From the NCBI GenBank assembly GCA_036506395.1, contig DASXRU010000073.1, positions 2,960 to 66,959 on the forward strand: a stretch of 64,000 nt of DNA. The letters run 5' to 3'. The stretch is from Pyrinomonadaceae bacterium (GTDB lineage: Bacteria > Acidobacteriota > Blastocatellia > Pyrinomonadales > Pyrinomonadaceae). The translations under genes were made by a program, and so were the position numbers. The notes beneath the pieces are model-generated. The model saw nothing but the letters and a program-made list of their open reading frames with translations, did not search any database and was not told where the DNA came from. How positions within the stretch are numbered: the stretch's first letter is position 1; every line of letters starts with the position of its first letter. Below are positions 1 to 9,123 of the stretch, piece by piece.

Positions 1-1
1 G

Positions 2-604
2 ATGAGCCGATATGAGTTCCTGGCGGAAACATACCGAACTGAAAGAATCAAGACCCTCTCTGTGTGGTCCCAGTTCGATGAAAACGACATGGAGTTCCGA
101 CCTGAGCCCCGCGCTAGAACGCCTCACGAGCACATGGTCCATCAGTGCGTCAGCGAAGACAACTGGATGAGGAATATGCTGGGGATCGATACAAACGAAC
201 CTGCGCTGCCGCCGGTCGAAAGCAAAATTGAATTTATCAAATGGTATGCGAAAGTATCGCAGATCAGACTAAGACAGCTATCGTCGAAGCCCGACGATTG
301 GTTCGAAGAGGTAAAGAAGTTTTTTGAATTGCCTAGAAGCAGGGCCTGGATTGTGACAAGAAGAATCGCGCATACATCGCATCATAGAGGACAGCTAACT
401 GCCTATCTCCGAATTTTGGGTAAGGATTTATATTCTACGTACGGACCAAGCGCCGATACAGGAGGCCTCCCGCAGAATAAAGCGCGCGTCATTTACCGAT
501 ATTCCTCTATTGAGGAATTGATAACGGAAGAAGAAAGAGGCGGAACGTCGCCTGTGCTTCCCGGTCCTGGTCCTAACAAGCCGACTGAGAGACCAAACGA
601 ATAG
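2..604 (+). CDS. DinB-family protein (His-rich four-helix-bundle type)
   Basis: 200-aa ORF from ATG at 2. The His motifs TPHEHMVH and RRIAHTSHHRGQLTAYLR are typical of DinB/YfiT-like proteins. The Pro/Gly-rich last ~40 aa look like read-through into a degraded neighbouring gene. Confidence 0.5.
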   Translation: MSRYEFLAETYRTERIKTLSVWSQFDENDMEFRPEPRARTPHEHMVHQCVSEDNWMRNMLGIDTNEPALPPVESKIEFIKWYAKVSQIRLRQLSSKPDDWFEEVKKFFELPRSRAWIVTRRIAHTSHHRGQLTAYLRILGKDLYSTYGPSADTGGLPQNKARVIYRYSSIEELITEEERGGTSPVLPGPGPNKPTERPNE

Positions 605-768
605 GTTCCTGCTCGGGTGATAAGTTGATCGCGCCCAGGGAGGTGCGCATGCTGGTAAGCGGTCCTCGGCAGAGTTTCAACTAAGAGAAACTTGTCACCA
701 CGATCAATCTTCAGCCTGAGTTTGTCTCGCGAAATAGTAGTTACCATTAGTTCGCCTTTCTTAATCAC
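575..768 (-). pseudogene. Rhodanese-domain gene remnant (frameshifted and truncated)
   Basis: ORF 493..768 begins like a single-domain rhodanese (ISRDKLRLKIDRGDKFLLVETLPRTAYQHAHLPG). Similarity is lost after HLPG near nt 636. The expected continuation GAINLSPEQ is readable in another frame from nt 638 downward and stops after about 21 codons. No catalytic Cys loop is present. Confidence 0.4.
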
Positions 769-795
769 CTTCTCCGTAGCGATGTTGGGAGTCAG

Positions 796-1407
796 CTATC
801 GGTTAATGCCGTTTGCTTCAGGTTCCTCCGCCCAGAAGATCCACTGAGCGCCGTTTGCGTGTTTCTCGCGAGGCGCTAACAGCCCACCTTTCTCCAGCTG
901 AGTGCGTGCGCCGCGATACATGTTTGCGAACAAACAATGGGTGATGTCAGATAACTCCCAACCCTGATTCGCAAGGGCCGTCTTGCGGAAAGCGCGTTCC
1001 ATCTTTGGGCGTTTCTTTTCAAAGAGCGTGACCAACTCTTTACTCATCTCCTCGCAGAGCGCCATGAATTCTGCGCACTCTTCATCCTTGAAGACAGGAA
1101 AGTTTGGCTCATAGTAACGCTCCGCTGGATGCGTCTTTTCCCACTCAACGGCCTCTCGTAACAGCTCGCTGCGAAGCATGTCACGAACGTGCGTATGGAC
1201 GCTGGGGGTAGAAAGATTAAGCGCTTCCGCGATTTGAGTGATCGTCTTCGGCCCCTGCGCCAAGACATTCAGGATTTCTTCTTTGGTCCCGTTTGGCAAC
1301 AGTTTGTTCTTGGTGATCTCGGCCCAGGGATCGCTATAACCACCTGGCCTTGATGAAACGCACTCACACGGAAAGCGCAGTCCTTTATAACCTGTAGGTA
1401 CAGTCAT
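796..1407 (-). CDS. ArsR-family winged-helix transcriptional regulator with C-terminal extension
   Basis: Contains EEILNVLAQGPKTITQIAEALNLSTPSVHTHVRDMLRSELL, a typical ArsR/SmtB HTH. It lies directly upstream of the rhodanese remnant on the same strand. Confidence 0.65.
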   Translation of the reverse strand: MTVPTGYKGLRFPCECVSSRPGGYSDPWAEITKNKLLPNGTKEEILNVLAQGPKTITQIAEALNLSTPSVHTHVRDMLRSELLREAVEWEKTHPAERYYEPNFPVFKDEECAEFMALCEEMSKELVTLFEKKRPKMERAFRKTALANQGWELSDITHCLFANMYRGARTQLEKGGLLAPREKHANGAQWIFWAEEPEANGINR

Positions 1408-1550
1408 CGTTCGACCATTTCCTGGGAGAGTTTGCCTTTTAGGTTAGGGGTTTACTTGAGGGATCGCCGAGCATTATAGCAGTCTCACTGCCATTCAGAA
1501 TGACACAAATTTTTGATATTTGCTGGCGAGGTCGCTCTTTACAATTACTT

Positions 1551-1570
1551 TATTAGGGCTTATCCTAATA
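1551..1570. promoter_or_regulatory. Perfect inverted repeat TATTAGG-N6-CCTAATA, a candidate operator
   Basis: Read directly from the sequence. It sits in the divergent intergenic region between the ArsR gene (start 1407) and the DUF2231 gene. Any binding role is inference only. Confidence 0.25.
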
Positions 1571-1932
1571 GTCGTTCCCTTCAGGTAGTATCCCCCAAAA
1601 CAACCCCTTTCAGGTTAGGTTCGTAGGCCCCACGCGCAAACGGAGCTAACCAAGATCGTGCCGACGTTGCGTCGCGAAAAACCGTAGTCGGAATCGAATA
1701 AGAGTAAGGAGGAAAAGATGAACCGTCGACTCGCGAAGATTGGGCTGGTGACGTTGCCGCTTACAACGCCGTGCATCAGCAAATCCTGCATATGGGGGAC
1801 GGGCTGAGCGGGAATCATCAATCAATTCCCAAAGAAGTTTGAATAAGTTTCCAAAGTTGCTGAACAGTTTTCTTCACTAGGAGGTGATTTATAGCCAGCA
1901 AGGCAAGCATCGGAGGACACCCAATCCATCCG

Positions 1933-2385
1933 ATGTTAATTCCATTTCCAATTGGACTTTTGGTTTTCTCATTGATTGCCGATGTGATTTATCTGTGGCG
2001 AGGCAATCCTGTTTGGGAAGACTACATCGCTTTCTACACGCTGCTCGGTGGGATTATCGGCGCTGCGGCAGCGGCGATACCCGGTTTGATTGACTGGGCC
2101 ACGCTCACCGATCGCGCCGCCGTTAAGGTTGCCAACTGGCACGCGCGAGTGAACATCATCGGATTGGTGATTTTCATCGCCAGCTTTTACCTGCGGACTT
2201 CAAGCGGAGCTAAGTGGATAGTCAGCCTGCCGATCCTCCCGTTTATTCTCTCTCTGATCGGCGTGATTGGATTATCTATTGCTGGTTATCTTGGCGGTGA
2301 ACTTGTTTTTCGATATGGAGTCGCCGTAGACGTCCCGGCCGAGGCGCGAAAAGCAGACAGGTCAAGTCACGTGCGCGCGGCCTAG
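1933..2385 (+). CDS. DUF2231-like integral membrane protein; the true start may be upstream at 1891
   Basis: Four predicted TM segments. The N-terminal MLIPFPIGLLVF resembles the conserved DUF2231 start. The in-frame upstream codons encode GGHPIHP, and a strong Shine-Dalgarno sequence lies at 1878-1886 (see findings). Confidence 0.6.
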   Translation: MLIPFPIGLLVFSLIADVIYLWRGNPVWEDYIAFYTLLGGIIGAAAAAIPGLIDWATLTDRAAVKVANWHARVNIIGLVIFIASFYLRTSSGAKWIVSLPILPFILSLIGVIGLSIAGYLGGELVFRYGVAVDVPAEARKADRSSHVRAA

Positions 2386-2522
2386 GACACATGTCGGCTG
2401 ACCAAAGTCATGAACAATCGTGAAATCGCGTACGCGTTCACGAGAATCACGTATGGCGTGATCTCTGCATCGGCTTTCGGCGAAGCCAATTGCGGCGTAA
2501 CGAAAGACTGCCACCAGACGCC

Positions 2523-3140
2523 ATGAGCGAGAACCTTCAAATCACGAGTGAAATAGATCGGCGCAATCCGAAGCTCTGCCGATTCACTTCAACTCGTACG
2601 CTATATGTCGGGACCAAAACGGTAAACAGCGAGGAGGAGGCCGAAGGACTGCCGTTAGCCGAGCGATTAATGCGTTTGCCGGGCATTGAGAGCATTCAAC
2701 TGATCGGGCATCTGTTGTTGGTAACTAAAAATGAGGATCGCGAATGGACGGATCTTAGTAACGAAATCGAATCTGTCCTCACCTCATATTTAGTCTCAGG
2801 GGACGCGTTAAGTCCTGATGACGTTCACGAGCAAATGATGCTGATAGGAAGAAACACCAAGGAAAAAGTTCAGTATTTGATCGATGCGCAAATCAATCCC
2901 GGCGTGGCTGAGCACGGTGGTTCGGTGCAGGTGGTCGATGTTCGAGACGGCGATGTTTATCTAAGACTCCATGGCGGATGCCAGGGATGCGCCGCCGCCG
3001 ATTTCACCCTCAAGCAGGGTATTGAAACGATCGTGAAACGCGCCGTTCCAGAGATTCAGCAAATCATCGATCTTACGAATCATGGGGCTGGTCTAAATCC
3101 TTATTATCGAGGACCCAACTTAGAACAGATCGCAAATTAG
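2523..3140 (+). CDS. Nfu/NifU-type Fe-S cluster scaffold/carrier protein
   Basis: The C-terminal part reads INPGVAEHGGSVQVVDVRDGDVYLRLHGGCQGCAAADFTLKQGIE (NifU C-terminal CxxC motif), preceded by an Nfu_N-like domain. The start is uncertain: ATG at 2523 or TTG at 2490. Confidence 0.7.
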   Translation: MSENLQITSEIDRRNPKLCRFTSTRTLYVGTKTVNSEEEAEGLPLAERLMRLPGIESIQLIGHLLLVTKNEDREWTDLSNEIESVLTSYLVSGDALSPDDVHEQMMLIGRNTKEKVQYLIDAQINPGVAEHGGSVQVVDVRDGDVYLRLHGGCQGCAAADFTLKQGIETIVKRAVPEIQQIIDLTNHGAGLNPYYRGPNLEQIAN

Positions 3141-3155
3141 CCGGAGTAGTCTGCG

Positions 3156-3944
3156 ATGAGTGATTGGTGGGACAAGCAAATTAAGAGAGCGGACCAGTTG
3201 GCGCTGCAGGCTAACGGGTCGAAAGAACTGCTCACGTTCTATGCACAGTTACTCCGCGCACAGAAAGATATCTGCGAGTTTCTACGCGGACGTAAAGATT
3301 GGCTGCCGTCCGGTGACCTCGAGAGCGACTGGCCAGCGCTTAGTGAAGCATTTTCCGGATTCCTCAAAGTGATTGAAAAATATGGTCCGACAGCACTCGC
3401 TGCTGAGGCTAATGATTTGTCGGCGACAAGTGATAATGTTATGGCTGAAAGGCTAATTACTTACTGGCGAAGTCCATCGGACATTCAATTCTTTGAGAAG
3501 GCATTCCTACAACCTTACCTCAGATGGTTGGCTGAGTCAGACGGCAGACCAGTAGGGCGAGAGATTCCCGCGAGCGAACGTTACTGCCCCTTCTGCGGCG
3601 GTAATCCCCAAGTCAGTTTCCTCCAGAACAAAGAAACCACCGCAGAGAGCGGCAACCGCGATCTGATTTGCGGGATGTGTTTGTCCTCATGGGAATTTCG
3701 CCGAGTAGTGTGCGCCAATTGTGGAGAAGAGCGACCCGCGAAGCTCGGATATTTTCATTCACCGGAGTTCGATCATGTTCGCATAGAAGCTTGCGACACC
3801 TGTAAGCATTACATCAAGGGAGTTGATCTTACTCGTGCTGGTTTCGCCGCGCCGCTGGTCGACGAGATCGATGCTGCGTCTTTGGATCTATGGGCGCGCG
3901 AACACGGTTATACAAAGATAGAGCTGAATCTAGTTGGCGTTTAG
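3156..3944 (+). CDS. fdhE: Formate dehydrogenase accessory protein FdhE
   Basis: Four Cys pairs in FdhE order (CPFCGG, CGMC, CANCG, CDTCKHYIK). GGAG Shine-Dalgarno sequence upstream. Located directly 5' of fdnG. Confidence 0.85.
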   Translation: MSDWWDKQIKRADQLALQANGSKELLTFYAQLLRAQKDICEFLRGRKDWLPSGDLESDWPALSEAFSGFLKVIEKYGPTALAAEANDLSATSDNVMAERLITYWRSPSDIQFFEKAFLQPYLRWLAESDGRPVGREIPASERYCPFCGGNPQVSFLQNKETTAESGNRDLICGMCLSSWEFRRVVCANCGEERPAKLGYFHSPEFDHVRIEACDTCKHYIKGVDLTRAGFAAPLVDEIDAASLDLWAREHGYTKIELNLVGV

Positions 3945-4024
3945 GTGTTCCCCTGTATTTTGCTCGTTCCCCCGTGGTGTTAGGCCCCTTTCACAAAAAC
4001 TGTAAGTTGAAGGAGTAGCTTGCC

Positions 4025-7000
4025 ATGGAAGTCTCAAGACGAACCTTCATCAAGACGACCTTGATTGGAGGCGCAGGCGTTAGTGTTTTCGGTTTCAGCC
4101 TGGCTCCAGTCTATGCGCAGACACAGGGATTGAAGATTGCCCGCACGACGGAGACGCGCAGCACGTGTCCGTATTGTTCCGTTAGCTGCGGCGTCATTAT
4201 TCACACGCTCGGCGACAAATCGAAGAACGCGATCCCACAGGTCGTGCACGTCGAGGGCGATCCTGATCATCCAATCAATCGCGGGACACTTTGTCCAAAG
4301 GGAGCATCGCTCGAACAGGACATTGTCAACGAGCGCCGATTGCTTAAACCGCAGGTGCGCCGACCCGGAGCAACTGATTGGGAAGATATTTCTTGGGACA
4401 GAGCAATCGAGGAAATTGCTCGCTGGACCAAGAAGACTCGCGACGCCACATTCATCGACAAAGACAAGAACGGCAATACCGTAAACCGTCTGGAAACGAT
4501 TGGCTGGATCGGCGGATGCACTGATACCAATGAGCTAAATTTTCTCGCGGTCAAGACGATGCGCAGCATGGGGGTCTGCTATTTCGAAACGCAGGCCCGT
4601 GTTTGACACGGTCCGACGGTCTCCAGTTTGGGGCCCACATTCGGACGCGGCGCGATGACCAACGGCTGGATCGACATCAAGAACACCGACATGATGTTGA
4701 TTATGGGTGGCAATCCGGCTGAGAACCACCCGTGTGGCTTCAAATGGCCGGTGGAAGCCAAGCTGCATCGCAACGCCAAAATGATCGTGGTCGATCCGCG
4801 GTTCACGCGGACGGCGACACAAGCCGATCTCTTCTTACAAATTCGCGCCGGCGCCGACATCGCTTTTCTCGGCGGCTTGATCAATTACGCGATCCAGAAC
4901 AATCGCATCGCGAAGGATTACCTCATCAACTACACCAACGCAGCTTTCATAGTTAAGGACGGATTCAAACTTCCCGAAGACGGATTGTTCTCAGGCTTCG
5001 ATGCGGCCGGCACGACATATGACAAGTCAACCTGGAACTATGAAGAAGGCGGAAAGATAGAAGGCGCAACCGCAATGGCCGCCACATCATCAACGCAATC
5101 GCGAATTAGCCAAGCGTCTTCGCCGGGGAATGGTGGTGGAAAGGGTTCAGAAAAAGGCGGCGAAACCGGCGGACATCAAGCCGCTGGTGGGCCTGGCGCG
5201 TCGGGCCAAGGTGGACAGAAGCCGCCGCCGATGTTGCCGCCAAACGTCGCTTACGATCTTTCGTTACAACATCCGCGTTCAGTCTTTCAACTTCTAAAGA
5301 AACAATACTCGCGCTACACGCCGGAGATGGTTGAGCGCATCACCGGTATTCCGAAGGATGATTTCCTGAAGGCCGCCGATCTATTTACGTCAATTCGCAA
5401 AGACGGGAATATGAAGAAGGCAGGCACAATCATCTATGCGGTAGGTTGGACCCAGCACACCTTCGGCACGCAGATCATTCGCACAGCGGCAATCCTGCAA
5501 CTGGTCCTCGGAAACGTAGGCCGCGCTGGAGGCGGAGTCAATGCGCTGCGCGGTCATTCGAACATTCAAGGTGCCACCGATATGGGCGGGGTGTTTGATA
5601 TTTTTCCAGGCTATTTAAAGCCAGGACTGCCGACCGATACCGATCTTGCGACGTATCTCAAACGCACCACGCCAACTGCCTCGAAGCCCTCGGAATGGGA
5701 CTCGTACAACTACTGGTCCAACACGCCGAAGTTCATGGTGTCCTTTCTGAAATCGCTTTACGGTGATTCAGCAAAGAAAGAAAACGATTTCAACTATCAC
5801 CACTTGCCGAAGATCGATCGCAAGTTTGCATGGACCGAAATGTGGGACGAGATGTATGCGGGCAAAGTAAAAGGCCTGTTTGCCTTCGGCATGAATGGCG
5901 TGGCCATCGGTCCGAACTCACGCAAGAACATTGAAGCGCTGAAGAAGGCGGACTTCCTGGTTGTGTGCGATCTCTACCCGGAAGAGACGGCCGAGTTTTG
6001 GCGCGCGCCAGGCATCAGCAAAGACGACATGAAGAAAATCAATACGACCGTCTATCGTCTGCCGGGCGCGGGCTTTGCCGAGAAAGATGGCACCTTCGTT
6101 AACTCGGCTCGGTGGCTGCAATGGAAATATGTGGCGCTGCCGCCGCCGGGCGATGCGAAAGTCGATCAGGAAATACTCGCGCGCATCTTCTTGAAGGTTC
6201 GCGAGCTATACAAATCAGAAGGCGGGAAGTTTCCCGATCCGATTCTGAATCTGACATGGGCCTACACGACGCCGCAGAATCCTTCGCTCGCTGAAGTTGC
6301 GAAAGAGATCAACGGCAAAGCGCTTGCTGATCTAACTGATGAAAAACTGTTTCCCGGTCAGACAATCAAAGCGGGACAGCAACTGCCCGGCTTCGCCTGG
6401 TTGAAAGATGACGGTACGACTGCCTGCGGGAACTGGCTCTATTCGGGTTCGTGGACAGAAGCCGGCGCGCAGATGCAGCGACGCGGCACAGATGATCCAT
6501 CCGGTCTCGGCATTTATCAAAACTGGGCCTGGTCGTGGCCGGCGAATCGGCGCGTCATGTATAACCGCGCTTCGTGCGATCCAGCCGGCCAGCCTTGGGA
6601 TTCAGAGCGACGACAAGTCTGGTGGAATGAAGCCCAACAGAAATGGGTCGGCAACGACGTGCCTGATTTCAAAGCCGATTCAAAACCTTCGGATCACATG
6701 GGACCATTCATCATGAATCCAGAAGGCGTCGGCCGCATTTTCGCGCCGCTCGCGGCCTTTGCCGATGGCCCATTCCCTGAACATTACGAACCAGTTGAAA
6801 GTCCGATCGCGAATCCGCTGCATCCTCAGCAATCCAACAATCCGGTCGCGAAGAAGTTCAAATCCGACATGGACAAACTCGGCACCGTCGATCAGGGATT
6901 TGATGTCGTGTGCACGACGTATCGGCTGACTGAGCACTATCATTATTGGACCAAAAACAATCCGATGAATGTGCAGTTGGTGCCTGAGCCTTTCGTTGAA

Positions 7001-7300
7001 GTGCCGGCAAAGCTCGCAGACAAGATGGGAATTACCGGCGGCGAGAAGGTCAAAGTGAGCAGCGCCCGCGGCGTCTATGTCGCGAAAGCAATGGTGACCA
7101 AACGTATCAAGCCGATGATGATCGACGGCAAAGAAACATTCCAGATCGGCGTACCGATTCATTGGGGCTACCGCGGCATTGCGGAAGACGAAGGCAAGAC
7201 TTCGTTGATGCCTGCTAATCAATTGTCGCCAGCGGCGACGGATCCGAACGCCTACACGCCCGAGTTCAAGGGCTTTCTGGTAAAGATCGAGAAGGCGTAG
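4025..7300 (+). CDS. fdnG: Formate dehydrogenase-N/O type catalytic alpha subunit, selenocysteine-containing (UGA at 4604-4606 read as Sec)
   Basis: Track ORFs 4025..4606 and 4628..7300 are in the same frame and are separated only by a TGA. Tat signal SRRTFIK. 4Fe-4S motif CPYCSVSCGV...LCPKG. The context ETQARV-U-HGPTV matches the FdnG/FdoG Sec site. The rest is a molybdopterin oxidoreductase domain. Confidence 0.9.
4604..4646 (+). promoter_or_regulatory. Sec-UGA codon plus SECIS-like hairpin
   Basis: TGA at 4604-4606. The outer stem GTCCGA (4611-4616) pairs with TCGGAC (4641-4646). The inner stem GGUCUC (4618-4623) pairs with GGGGCC (4630-4635), including G-U pairs. The loop is CAGUUU. Confidence 0.6.
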
Positions 7301-7315
7301 AGAGGAGGGCATGAG

Positions 7316-8239
7316 ATGAGCAATCCACAAACATTTCAGATTCAGGAAATCTCGGCCCATCCTGGGCCAATTCCCGGACAAGGCACGACGCGCGCGGAAG
7401 AAGTGTGCAAGTACATAGACGTGACCACGTGTATTGGTTGCAAAGCCTGCGAGGTGGCTTGCGTCGAATGGAACGATCATCCCTTTCGCGAGACTACCTT
7501 CGACGATACCTACCAGACGATGCCGTCTACCGAGTGGAACTATTGGAACTTGATCAAGTTCGTTGAAGATCAACGTGACGGCAACTTCATGTGGTTGATG
7601 CGGAAAGATCAATGCATGCACTGCGAAGATCCGGGCTGCTTGCGCGCGTGTCCCGCTGATGGCGCCATCATCAAGTATGAAAATGGAATAGTCGATTTTC
7701 AGCAGGACAACTGTATCGGCTGCGGCTATTGCATTTCTGGTTGTCCTTTCGACATCCCCAAGTTCAACGAGAAGACCAAAAAAGTTTACAAGTGCACGCT
7801 CTGTTCAGACCGTGTAGGCCAGGGACTCGAACCCGCGTGCATCAAGGCCTGTCCGACAGGATGTCTTCACTTCGGAACGAAATCCGACATGGTGCAAATC
7901 GCTGGCTTGCGCGCGAAGCAATTGCGCGAAGTCTCGGGTTTCGCGAACGCCGGTGTCTACGATCCACCATCAATCAAGGGCACGCATGTCATCTATACGC
8001 TGCATGACATCAACACCCCGGAACGCTACGGCCTTCCGAAGAATCCCGTAATTCCGCCGAGTTATACCGTCTGGAAATGGTTGGCGAAACCGACGGGTTT
8101 GATGATGGCAATGCTCGGTATTGGCGCCGTCTTTTTCCATAGCGTTTTCTATGGACCAAAGGCGCCTCAGCCTGAACCGCCGGAAATTGAAACTGGTCCG
8201 CGTGAAGAGATCGAAGCTGGCAGAAAGGAGACGCCATGA
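7316..8239 (+). CDS. fdnH: Formate dehydrogenase iron-sulfur beta subunit
   Basis: Four ferredoxin-type Cys clusters (CIGCKACEVAC, CMHCEDPGCLRACP, CIGCGYCISGCP, CTLC...CIKACP). C-terminal TM anchor. GAGGAGG Shine-Dalgarno sequence. Confidence 0.85.
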   Translation: MSNPQTFQIQEISAHPGPIPGQGTTRAEEVCKYIDVTTCIGCKACEVACVEWNDHPFRETTFDDTYQTMPSTEWNYWNLIKFVEDQRDGNFMWLMRKDQCMHCEDPGCLRACPADGAIIKYENGIVDFQQDNCIGCGYCISGCPFDIPKFNEKTKKVYKCTLCSDRVGQGLEPACIKACPTGCLHFGTKSDMVQIAGLRAKQLREVSGFANAGVYDPPSIKGTHVIYTLHDINTPERYGLPKNPVIPPSYTVWKWLAKPTGLMMAMLGIGAVFFHSVFYGPKAPQPEPPEIETGPREEIEAGRKETP

Positions 8240-9054
8240 GCGCGCCCGCAAAAGGTTTTGATGAGAAGGCGCGAGGCGAATTCGCGCGATTCGGAACAAC
8301 TCGCGTTCATAGAGGCGAACTGTTACGCCATCCCGTCTACACGCGCTTCCTGCATTGGTCGGTCGCAATCTTTTTCATTCTTTCGCTGTTGACCGGCTTT
8401 GCCATCTACTCGCCATGGTTGTTTCGCTGGATCGCGCCCTTGTTCGGTGGCGGCGCGCGAACTCGCGCATTGCATCCCTGGTTTGGCTTAGTCTTCGAAG
8501 TCTTCTTCCTCTTCCAATTCATTAACTGGGTCACACCCATGTGGTGGATGAGTGCCGACCGACGTTGGGTCAAACGGCTTAAGGGATATGCGACCAACGA
8601 GGACCGACTGGAATCGGAGGACGTTGGGTTTTTTAACGGCGGGCAGAAGCTTTACTTCTGGGCGATCGTGCTAAGCGGCGTGTTGTTTCTAATCACCGGT
8701 GTGATCCTGTGGTTCGATCACGTAGTCGGGCGCTGGATTGTCGCAGTCAGTTATGTAATTCACGATCTCGCGGCGCTTTTGATGCTGGCCGGCTTCATCA
8801 TTCACATTTACGAGGGCACGGCGCACCAACCGGGCACCCTTCGATCGATGATTGCCGGGACCGTCACGGAGAGATGGGCCTGGACACACCATCCGGCCTG
8901 GTATCGAGCGGTAACCGGCCGTGATCCGCGCGAGGCGTACGAACGTGAGAAACGTCGTCAGGCAGAGCGCGAGCGAGCAATCGAAAGTTGGGAGCGGAAG
9001 CAGGATGCCCGGGAGACGACACGGGATGGCGCGGTAGATAGCAAAGTGCCGTAG
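8236..9054 (+). CDS. fdnI: Formate dehydrogenase cytochrome b gamma subunit, with charged C-terminal tail
   Basis: ATGA start/stop overlap with fdnH. Four TM helices with His residues (FLHWSVAIFF, HDLAALL..HIYEG). About 50 extra Arg/Glu-rich residues at the C-terminus. Confidence 0.75.
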   Translation: MSAPAKGFDEKARGEFARFGTTRVHRGELLRHPVYTRFLHWSVAIFFILSLLTGFAIYSPWLFRWIAPLFGGGARTRALHPWFGLVFEVFFLFQFINWVTPMWWMSADRRWVKRLKGYATNEDRLESEDVGFFNGGQKLYFWAIVLSGVLFLITGVILWFDHVVGRWIVAVSYVIHDLAALLMLAGFIIHIYEGTAHQPGTLRSMIAGTVTERWAWTHHPAWYRAVTGRDPREAYEREKRRQAERERAIESWERKQDARETTRDGAVDSKVP

Positions 9055-9123
9055 GCACTAAATATTTCGCCGCTACGCGGCTAGTTGTTCTCGGCTAGCG
9101 TTTATTAGAAAGGAGTTTGTGTG

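Noticed and set aside
2386-2522. A possible Moco riboswitch or other leader upstream of the nfu-fdhE-fdnG genes.
   Set aside because: I could not recognise the conserved Moco-riboswitch core motifs by eye. A covariance-model scan would be needed.
4025-4606. Treating 4025..4606 and 4628..7300 as two separate genes (a small Tat-signal Fe-S protein plus a leaderless molybdoenzyme).
   Set aside because: They share one reading frame, the only interruption is a TGA at the canonical FdnG Sec position, and a hairpin follows it. A single selenoprotein gene is far more likely.
6680-7621. 313-aa ORF on the minus strand.
   Set aside because: It lies entirely antisense to the well-supported fdnG/fdnH genes. 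Its Arg/His/Leu-rich composition is typical of antisense frames in GC-rich DNA.
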